Shown here piece by piece: positions 53,729-59,445 of a stretch of 59,445 nucleotides of DNA (the first letter of the stretch is position 1; each line of letters opens with the position of its first letter). The notes below the pieces were generated by a model. It was given only the letters and a program-made list of their open reading frames with translations. It was not told the DNA's origin and searched no databases. Source of the DNA: a virus; IMG/VR virus record IMGVR_UViG_3300023435_000002, positions 1 to 59,445 of that record. One strand, written 5' to 3'. The translations under genes and the position numbers were made by a program.

Positions 53729-54013
53729 CTACTCAGCGTCTTCATCTACTACCTCTTTAACTTCTACGCCATTCTCTATCTGCTTATTCAATTCAACTAT
53801 TGTATTCTTGTTTAATTCAATAGCATTTACTGCTTCTGTCTTTTGTGCTTCAAACTCTTTCCTCTGCCTATCAAAGTTTACTTGTAAACCTTCATCTAAC
53901 ATTAAGTCACAATATTTAATCATATACATTGCTCCTTTTGTTTCAAAGTCCATTCTAGCTATTTGCTTCTCCATGAAGCTCTTTTCTTCTTTTGTTAGTT
54001 CTCTTGTTGTCAT
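53729..54013 (-). CDS. Coiled-coil hypothetical protein
   Basis: ORF track. AGGAGG precedes the ATG. Confidence 0.55.
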   Translation of the reverse strand: MTTRELTKEEKSFMEKQIARMDFETKGAMYMIKYCDLMLDEGLQVNFDRQRKEFEAQKTEAVNAIELNKNTIVELNKQIENGVEVKEVVDEDAE

Positions 54014-54056
54014 TATTTTATCCTCCTATTATTTAATTTATTAATATACAAGAGGA

Positions 54057-54317
54057 TTATTCCTCTTGTTCTCGTTCTGCCTTAACCTCTGGATTTCTAC
54101 AGTCATCTGTTTGATTCTGTCTTAGTCCACCGGCTAACTTACCTTTTTTACTTCCGTCTTTTTGTCCGTGTTCTTTTTTCATCTCTTTTACCTCCTTTGA
54201 ATCTTTACTAAATACCTTTCTATCTTTCCACTCTTCTTGCTTTCCTTCATTCCATGTGTTTACTGGTCTTAAATAACCACACACTCTGGAATATACTTCA
54301 CATTTTGTTTTTACCAT
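54057..54317 (-). CDS. Stand-alone NrdD C-terminal glycyl-radical-domain-like protein (86 aa)
   Basis: Start taken at MVKTKCEVYSRVCGYLRPVNTWNEGKQEEWKDRKVF (ATGGTAA overlap with the upstream stop). This matches the RVCGYLG...FNAGKQEEVKRR C-terminus of class III ribonucleotide reductases as I recall it. Confidence 0.6.
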   Translation of the reverse strand: MVKTKCEVYSRVCGYLRPVNTWNEGKQEEWKDRKVFSKDSKEVKEMKKEHGQKDGSKKGKLAGGLRQNQTDDCRNPEVKAEREQEE

Positions 54318-54523
54318 CTTGATTCTATTAGTGAAATGATTGCAGCAACTATTATCACTACTATAATCACCGCTATAATTATAGCCCACGGTATTAGTAT
54401 AGGACTCAATACCCACCACCAAGACCAGTCAATAACACTTGTTATTTTAAATGCTATAAATAAAAGAGTAAGAAATCCGAAGAATCCTATACCACCATTA
54501 TAATTTATTTTACTTTCACTCAT
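54311..54523 (-). CDS. Small membrane protein
   Basis: ORF track. Two hydrophobic helices. Confidence 0.55.
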   Translation of the reverse strand: MSESKINYNGGIGFFGFLTLLFIAFKITSVIDWSWWWVLSPILIPWAIIIAVIIVVIIVAAIISLIESRW

Positions 54524-54690
54524 TGTTTTACCTCCATTTTATTTATTTGATTGATTGTTCCGTCTAATGCCACTTGTAACCATTTACTCAAATTAAACCA
54601 TTCTCGGTTTCTCCTTATCCATGTTATCTGGTCCGGTCGTAAGCTTACACTCATTCCTTCTCTTTTTTGACAAACTCTATTTCTTGTCAT
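54520..54690 (-). CDS. Ribbon-helix-helix-like DNA-binding protein (56 aa)
   Basis: MSVSLRPDQITWIRRNREWFNLSKWLQVALD fits the RHH strand-helix-helix pattern. ATGA junction downstream. Confidence 0.45.
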   Translation of the reverse strand: MTRNRVCQKREGMSVSLRPDQITWIRRNREWFNLSKWLQVALDGTINQINKMEVKQ

Positions 54691-54811
54691 CCTCTACCTC
54701 CAGTTTATCAATACACTTCACACATAATCCCATATCTATACCAAAATAGGCATAATCATTACCACATTCACATATACCTCGTTTAAATCCTTTAGGAATA
54801 TCTCTAGTCAT
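54677..54811 (-). CDS. Small zinc-finger ORF (44 aa)
   Basis: Start taken at MTRDIPKGF (ATGACTAG overlap with the upstream stop). CECG...CVKC. Confidence 0.4.
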   Translation of the reverse strand: MTRDIPKGFKRGICECGNDYAYFGIDMGLCVKCIDKLEVEDDKK

Positions 54812-55478
54812 AATCCACCAACCTACTTTTATCCATACTCCTACTTTTAGCTCCACATATCTCACACCATGAATCTCCACAAGAACATTCTTTTGGTGGC
54901 TCTATATTATTAACTATCTTCTCTTTTAACTCTTTGAAGTCTTTAATCTTAGATTCAACAAATACAACATCTAACTCGTAATTAAATTGTTTAAGGTTAC
55001 AATTGTCTTTATTCATATATAAAATCATTCCTCGCGGTATCCCAAGATAATACATATAAAATTGTAATTGGGATTGATATTCAGCACTAGCATCCTTCAA
55101 AGAATTAAATACCCATTGACTACAACTCTTTATCTCTAGTACGTAGAGGTTTCCTTCTTTCGGGTCTGCATCCGGACATTTAATTATACAATCTGCTCTT
55201 CCATGAAACAACTCATTCTCTACAGCTGTTATCTCTGAGGATATGAGGATTCCCATTTCAACTAAATATTTGTTAAGCAACTCGTGAACAGAATTACCTA
55301 AATCCAGAACTCTCTTAACTCTCGGAGTGAATTTCTTTGCCTTTGGATTCTTAATATTATTATAGATTATCCAAGGTGCTTTACCTAATTCAGAAACATG
55401 AAAGTAATCTCGCTCTTTACTTACCCACTCTTTCTTTTCAAGGTGTTCATCAATTTGTTTTATTATATCAAACTCCAT
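54804..55478 (-). CDS. PD-(D/E)xK nuclease, Cas4/RecB-like
   Basis: GRADCII, YVLEIKS, QLQFYMYY, and a C-terminal Cys cluster CSCGDSWCEIC. Confidence 0.6.
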   Translation of the reverse strand: MEFDIIKQIDEHLEKKEWVSKERDYFHVSELGKAPWIIYNNIKNPKAKKFTPRVKRVLDLGNSVHELLNKYLVEMGILISSEITAVENELFHGRADCIIKCPDADPKEGNLYVLEIKSCSQWVFNSLKDASAEYQSQLQFYMYYLGIPRGMILYMNKDNCNLKQFNYELDVVFVESKIKDFKELKEKIVNNIEPPKECSCGDSWCEICGAKSRSMDKSRLVDYD

Positions 55479-55502
55479 TATATTAATAATTAATAATGTT
55501 TA

Positions 55503-55539
55503 GAGTTTATAAAGGTAGTAAAATAAATAATATTATTTA
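55503..55539 (-). promoter_or_regulatory. Conserved intergenic element R5 (first minus-strand promoter candidate)
   Basis: gagtttataaaggtagtaaaataaataatattattta. The TTTATAAA box lies 27 nt upstream of the ATG at 55478. Confidence 0.5.
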
Positions 55540-55894
55540 TCAATTGTAAGCCCTTCTAAGCGCTTTTTAGCGAGTGGACTGATGTTTGTATCAGTCACTA
55601 TTCATCTGTTGTTATTGTAGTGTATTAATAAAAAATCAAAAAAAAAATAAAAAAAATAAATACATATTCTTATAGTTTTTTCTACCATAAAATATTCCAT
55701 TTTTCCTCTTAAAAAATTCTGTCATTAATTTTAAATGAAAAAAACCATATCTATTTTTTATTTTTAAAAAATCGTTTCCTCCAAAAAAATTTTTACCCCA
55801 AGCAAAATTCACGAATCTAAAAATAGGTTTTTAAAAACCATAGATTTAATGGTCTTACGGGTTAATAAGGTTAATTCCCTATTTTTAAATCGTT

Positions 55895-55917
55895 AAAAAT
55901 AGACTAAAAATAGATAT
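55895..55917. repeat. Left arm of a perfect 23-bp inverted repeat
   Basis: aaaaatagactaaaaatagatat is the reverse complement of 56000..56022. Confidence 0.9.
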
Positions 55918-55999
55918 GGTAAAAACCACACATTCCTGTCATAATATATAATTTCATTTAATAATATATAATAATATATAATAATTGCTTATTTTTTCA

Positions 56000-56022
56000 A
56001 TATCTATTTTTAGTCTATTTTT
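56000..56022. repeat. Right arm of a perfect 23-bp inverted repeat
   Basis: atatctatttttagtctattttt. An 82-bp AT-rich spacer separates the arms. Confidence 0.9.
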
Positions 56023-56120
56023 ATAAAATAAAAAATAGATATTGTCTGTTTCATTAAATCATAATGACAACTCACACCATAATTCACACCAATAAACCTA
56101 TATACTACAACACCTATAAG

Positions 56121-56128
56121 TATATAAA
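56121..56128 (+). promoter_or_regulatory. TATA-box candidate (TATATAAA) for the rightward early genes
   Basis: 21 nt upstream of the ATG at 56150. Confidence 0.4.
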
Positions 56129-56149
56129 GAAGCTAATATAATTTTATAT

Positions 56150-56314
56150 ATGAAAAACAAAAAAGATGATATTAACCAAACACAAAGTTTAATTAAATGT
56201 CCAAATTGCGATGAACAAATGAATCTAAGCGATACTTGTGATAATTGTAATTACAAAGATTTAAGTTCACAAAATGGCGTGAAACAGGGAAATGACGCCG
56301 AGGTGAAAGAATGA
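56150..56314 (+). CDS. Small zinc-ribbon ORF, 54 aa
   Basis: CPNC...CDNC. Ends at the junction GAGGTGAAAGAATGA. Confidence 0.45.
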   Translation: MKNKKDDINQTQSLIKCPNCDEQMNLSDTCDNCNYKDLSSQNGVKQGNDAEVKE

Positions 56315-56487
56315 AAAAAGAAATAATGATTAAAGAAATGATGAAGTTAACAAGAGAGTTTATTCTTTTAACAAGCCTTAAGAGAAATTATGAAGATATA
56401 AGGAGTTCTTTAGTTCAAATGAGAGAAGAGGTTATACAATTAAAGCAAGACGCTCTTTCAGAATCAAACGAGGTGAAGAAAGAATGA
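56311..56487 (+). CDS. Small coiled-coil ORF, 58 aa
   Basis: ATGA junctions at both ends. Ends GAGGTGAAGAAAGAATGA. Confidence 0.45.
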   Translation: MKKEIMIKEMMKLTREFILLTSLKRNYEDIRSSLVQMREEVIQLKQDALSESNEVKKE

Positions 56488-56627
56488 ATTATTATTATAT
56501 GGAACTTGGTGCAATAACTTTAACAGTATTGATATTAGTAATATCACAAGTTTTTTTACAAACAAAAGAATTTATCAAACACAACGCATTAGAGGGGTAC
56601 TCGCTGTTGGATGTGGAAAATGAGTAA
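56484..56627 (+). CDS. Small membrane ORF, 47 aa
   Basis: LGAITLTVLILVISQVFL. Ends ...KHNALEGYSLLDVENE*. Confidence 0.4.
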   Translation: MNYYYMELGAITLTVLILVISQVFLQTKEFIKHNALEGYSLLDVENE

Positions 56628-56850
56628 TTGGGTAGGAAAAAGAATGATGAATCCTAGGGGGGATATTGGAATAGTTATGAATGATGACAACGGGTTTTCT
56701 AGAATATTAGAAGTTAAATTTGAGGATGGGTTAAAGCAAGACTTATGGTTATCAAATACTGGTGATAATCCAGAAGAGAGTCGTAATTGGAGTTGGGAAT
56801 ATAAGGACAGAGATACAAATAAAATGAAGTGGGTAAAATGGGGAAAATGA
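56611..56850 (+). CDS. Hypothetical protein
   Basis: ORF track. An alternative ATG is at 56620. Confidence 0.55.
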   Translation: MWKMSNWVGKRMMNPRGDIGIVMNDDNGFSRILEVKFEDGLKQDLWLSNTGDNPEESRNWSWEYKDRDTNKMKWVKWGK

Positions 56851-56996
56851 AAGGTTGTGGAAAAATAATTAACAAAAGATTCTTTAGCAATAGAGATAAT
56901 CAAATTTGTGGAAGAAGAGGTTATCTATGTCTACCATGTTCAGATAAAGAAGACGCAGTGCAGGGAAATCACGCTGTTGGGAGTAAAAATGGGTAA
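56847..56996 (+). CDS. Small Cys-rich ORF, 49 aa
   Basis: MKGCGKIINKRFF...CGRRGYLCLPC. ATGA junction upstream, and it overlaps the methyltransferase start. Confidence 0.4.
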   Translation: MKGCGKIINKRFFSNRDNQICGRRGYLCLPCSDKEDAVQGNHAVGSKNG

Positions 56997-57486
56997 ACAA
57001 TTAATACCAAAAGGTGGAAATGATTGTGTGCAAACACCATTAGAAGATTGTAAAAAATTAGTTAATTATTTTAAACCACATGGGAGAGTGTTAGAGCCAT
57101 GTAAAGGTGATGGTAATTTTTTACAGGCATTTAAAGAATTTGGATTAATAGATACTTACTGGTGTGAAATAAAAGAAGATTTAGATTTTTTCGATTGTGA
57201 TGATAAGTTTGATTGGATAATTACTAATCCACCTTTTAGTAAATTTAGAAAGTTTTTACAACACTCAATGAAACTAGCAGATAATGTAGTATTTTTGGCG
57301 ACAGTAAATCATATATGGCTTAAAGCAAGAATGAGAGATATAAAAGAACATGGATTTGAAATTAAAGAAATAGTTCCGATAGAAACACCAAACACTTTTC
57401 CACAAAGTGGTTTTCAAGTTGGTTGGATTTATTTAAAGAAAAACAACGCCTTTGCCACAGATTCGGTAACGGGGGATGGAAAATGA
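56989..57486 (+). CDS. DNA N6-adenine methyltransferase (NPPF motif)
   Basis: Start moved to MGKQLIPKGG. VLEPCKGDGNF (motif I) and WIITNPPFSKF (motif IV). Confidence 0.7.
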   Translation: MGKQLIPKGGNDCVQTPLEDCKKLVNYFKPHGRVLEPCKGDGNFLQAFKEFGLIDTYWCEIKEDLDFFDCDDKFDWIITNPPFSKFRKFLQHSMKLADNVVFLATVNHIWLKARMRDIKEHGFEIKEIVPIETPNTFPQSGFQVGWIYLKKNNAFATDSVTGDGK

Positions 57487-57608
57487 TAGGAGACAAAGAT
57501 GATTTTCAAACATATGATGAAATGTTTAAAGCATTTGAAGGACTTGATAATAGATTAGAGAAATTAGAAAACAAAATATTAAACTTAGATGTCGAGGTTG
57601 AAGTATAA
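57483..57608 (+). CDS. Small ORF, 41 aa
   Basis: Internal ATG of track ORF 57423, at an ATGA junction. Confidence 0.4.
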   Translation: MIGDKDDFQTYDEMFKAFEGLDNRLEKLENKILNLDVEVEV

Positions 57609-57766
57609 TGGAAGAACGTCAAGCAGAAATAGAAGGAATAATAAGTTGGATGTCTGGTTATATTTTTATAATGTCTGGACATCCAACATTAAAAGAAGAA
57701 ATAAAAAGATTAGAGGAGTTGGTATTCGAAGCACATAGGAAGTCAGCACTGGAGGAGAAATCATAA
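57608..57766 (+). CDS. Small ORF, 52 aa
   Basis: TAATG junctions on both sides. Confidence 0.4.
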   Translation: MEERQAEIEGIISWMSGYIFIMSGHPTLKEEIKRLEELVFEAHRKSALEEKS

Positions 57767-58083
57767 TGGGAATTAAGATAATTGGTGTTAAAATTGTAGG
57801 ACTATGTAGTAAATGCAGAAAAGATGGTGATGAAACACCAAAAAATAAATATGGGTTTATTTATGATGATGAAGATATTTCTTGTGTTGGGTGTGCATTT
57901 GGAGATTGTGTAAATGACATTATAAATAAAGAAGTAAAAGATAGAACAGAAGAAGAGCATATGCAATTAGTAACCCACTACGGTGGAGTTAGAGAATACC
58001 TTTTATCAATGGGGAAGTTTAAAGATGTACCGATAAACAACGCACTCTCTACGAAAGGGGAAACTCAAGGGGGAAAGAAATGA
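57766..58083 (+). CDS. Cys-rich hypothetical protein
   Basis: ORF track. CSKC...CVGCAFGDC. Confidence 0.55.
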   Translation: MGIKIIGVKIVGLCSKCRKDGDETPKNKYGFIYDDEDISCVGCAFGDCVNDIINKEVKDRTEEEHMQLVTHYGGVREYLLSMGKFKDVPINNALSTKGETQGGKK

Positions 58084-58304
58084 CACTAAGTGATAAGATA
58101 ATTCAAAGTTGTGAATATCCTCAAAGTGAATATCCATCTATTGATGTTGAAGATGTTAAACAATCTATTAATAGAGTTAAAGAAAGAATAAAAGATAGTG
58201 AATTTAAATTAGACCCTAAGAATTTAATGTGGGAAGATGTTTGTATGATTATGGATGAAGAGTTTGGAGACGCATTTGCCACAGAAAGTGAGGAAAAATC
58301 ATAA
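58080..58304 (+). CDS. MTLSDKI family, member 2 (N-terminus only)
   Basis: MTLSDKIIQS... shares its N-terminus with the ORFs at 561 and 59228. Confidence 0.55.
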   Translation: MTLSDKIIQSCEYPQSEYPSIDVEDVKQSINRVKERIKDSEFKLDPKNLMWEDVCMIMDEEFGDAFATESEEKS

Positions 58305-58438
58305 TGGGATATTTTATAGGGTTACTTATTGGAATAGTAATGGGATTTTATTGGGGTTATATTTTTAGAGGTCATAATGAAATAAAAATAATTAACAACG
58401 CACTTGCCACAGATTCAGTAACGGAGGAGAAATTATAA
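58304..58438 (+). CDS. Small membrane ORF, 44 aa
   Basis: MGYFIGLLIGIVMGFYWGYIF...NNALATDSVTEEKL*. TAATG junctions. Confidence 0.4.
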   Translation: MGYFIGLLIGIVMGFYWGYIFRGHNEIKIINNALATDSVTEEKL

Positions 58439-59241
58439 TGCAATACTCAATAAACGAATTTATAAAAATATGCAGCAATACTCTACCAATAAAAGGACCA
58501 ATATATGAATTTGGTTCCTTTCAAGTTAAGGGACAAGAGCACATTGCAGATTTAAGGTCGATGTTTGAAGGAATAAAATATGTTGGAACTGATATGCGGA
58601 AAGGAATTGGCGTTGACAAAGTTATGAACTACCAAAAGATTCCTCTAAAAAACAAAAGCATCAGTACATCAATTTGTTGTGACACATTAGAACATACAGA
58701 ATATCCAAGAAAAGCAATGAAAGAATTGCATAGAGTTTTAAAAGATAAGGGAATTTGCATAATTACTTCGGTCTTTAAATTTCCAATTCATGATTATCCT
58801 TATGATTATTTTAGGTACACAGAGAAGGCATTTGAAAGTTTGTTAAAAGATTTCGATTCAATATATGTTACCTCTTATGGTGCTGACGAATTTAATCCAA
58901 TAACAGTAGTTGGAATCGGAGTAAAAGATAAGAATTTTTTCAAAAATAAAAATAACTTTAAAACCAAAATAAATCAATGGAAAGAAAAATATGATGAATC
59001 AGCCCTAAGAGAAAAGATATATAACCTTTACGTACCATTGATTATTAGAGCCATGTTTAAATTAACAAAGTTTATAATTAGAGAAATTATTGTAAGGATG
59101 TTTCCGTCAGTTCATAAAAGGATAGTTGGCATGAAAGTTAATAAAGATACAGAAATGAATATAGACACATTAGATATTCACATGGCAACTAGACAAAATC
59201 AATTTAAAAGTTTACTGGAGGATAAAAATGACATTAAGTGA
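58438..59241 (+). CDS. Class I SAM-dependent methyltransferase-like protein
   Basis: KYVGTDMRKGIGVD, CCDTLEHTEYPRKAMKELHRVLKDKGICII. Confidence 0.6.
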   Translation: MQYSINEFIKICSNTLPIKGPIYEFGSFQVKGQEHIADLRSMFEGIKYVGTDMRKGIGVDKVMNYQKIPLKNKSISTSICCDTLEHTEYPRKAMKELHRVLKDKGICIITSVFKFPIHDYPYDYFRYTEKAFESLLKDFDSIYVTSYGADEFNPITVVGIGVKDKNFFKNKNNFKTKINQWKEKYDESALREKIYNLYVPLIIRAMFKLTKFIIREIIVRMFPSVHKRIVGMKVNKDTEMNIDTLDIHMATRQNQFKSLLEDKNDIK

Positions 59242-59445
59242 TAAAATACAACATAAAAAGATTTCTATCGGGTGGGATGCAAATAAAAAGAATAATGATT
59301 ATTTAGACTTAAATGACGTCAAAGAATTTATTAAGGAATTGAAAGATAGAATAAACTCTCCTATAAATGCAGAATCATTAAGAGGTTATAATGTTCAAAG
59401 ATTATGGTTTTTTAAAGAATTAGACAAACTAGCAGGGGAGAAATT
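59228..59445 (+). CDS. MTLSDKI...ELAGEKLI family, member 3 (5' part; continues at nt 100 via the circular junction)
   Basis: MTLSDKIQHKK...[47 protein letters not shown]. The frame is kept across 59445 to 100. Confidence 0.6.
   Translation, partial: MTLSDKIQHKKISIGWDANKKNNDYLDLNDVKEFIKELKDRINSPINAESLRGYNVQRLWFFKELDKLAGEK
59347..59445. repeat. Direct terminal repeat, copy 2 (identical to 1..99)
   Basis: Exact 99-nt identity, read directly. Confidence 0.95.

Larger units (their letters stand above)
55620..56110. other. Putative replication origin: ORB-like inverted repeats flanking an AT-rich unwinding element
   Basis: The largest non-coding stretch, lying between the divergent arms. ACCATATCTATTTTT-type boxes sit at 55745, 55906 (inverted), 56000 and 56031 (inverted). 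An (ATAATATATA)n core lies at 55940-55985, and an A-run array at 55629-55660. Confidence 0.5.

Noticed and set aside
35453-54044. Plus-strand track ORFs in the minus-strand arm (35453, 35852, 36576, 37046, 38265, 38377, 39213, 41030, 44070, 44502, 44900, 45633, 45852, 46829, 47723, 50405, 52513, 53360, 53808) and nested minus-strand ORFs (38883, 46824).
   Set aside because: They are antisense or nested within structural genes. None has a ribosome-binding site or a recognisable motif.
56589-56903. A minus-strand 104-aa ORF in the right early region.
   Set aside because: It is antisense to a chain of overlap-coupled plus-strand ORFs. It has no promoter-like element on its side.
56908-56988. 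The GTG start at 56908 for the DNA methyltransferase.
   Set aside because: The extension overlaps a better-supported 49-aa Cys-rich ORF. Methyltransferase similarity begins near the ATG at 56989.

Overview
The window is a complete, circularly closing genome. The first 99 nt are identical to the last 99 nt, and one ORF reads in frame across the junction, so the unique length is about 59.35 kb. It is a visibly AT-rich tailed dsDNA virus. The morphogenesis module resembles a siphovirus with an HK97-like capsid and lies on the minus strand at about 25.3-55.5 kb. Replication, DNA-modification and glycosylation genes lie on the plus strand, running from 56.1 kb through the junction to 25.0 kb. The two arms diverge from a roughly 0.6 kb non-coding region with inverted repeats and an AT-rich core (55.6-56.1 kb), which I call a putative origin. 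They converge at a pair of tRNA genes near 25.1-25.3 kb. Several features point to an anaerobic, low-GC archaeal host, possibly a methanogen; this is inference only. They are a PCNA-like clamp, an Hjc-like resolvase, a prim-pol, a family B polymerase, TTTATA(T/A)A boxes about 21-27 nt upstream of several start codons, hairpin-less oligo-T terminators, an initiator-like tRNA with A1:U72, and an NrdD glycyl-radical fragment. The most notable content is as follows. (1) A FolE/QueD/QueE/DpdA 7-deazaguanine DNA-modification island with no QueC anywhere in the genome. It carries a Gpt-like phosphoribosyltransferase, a Cys-less QueD paralog, an orphan ORF and a GT-B glycosyltransferase, all wired into the replication genes. 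(2) An HNH-type intein inserted exactly at the third cluster cysteine of QueE. (3) A 7.7 kb island of glycosyltransferase, methyltransferase and B12-radical-SAM genes, converging on giant sequon-rich proteins with signal peptides. (4) A stand-alone NrdD glycyl-radical peptide. (5) Conserved cassettes at the 3' ends of otherwise unrelated early genes. (6) Structured RNA candidates beside an aberrant tRNA-like gene. All functional calls come from motifs read by eye; no searches were run.
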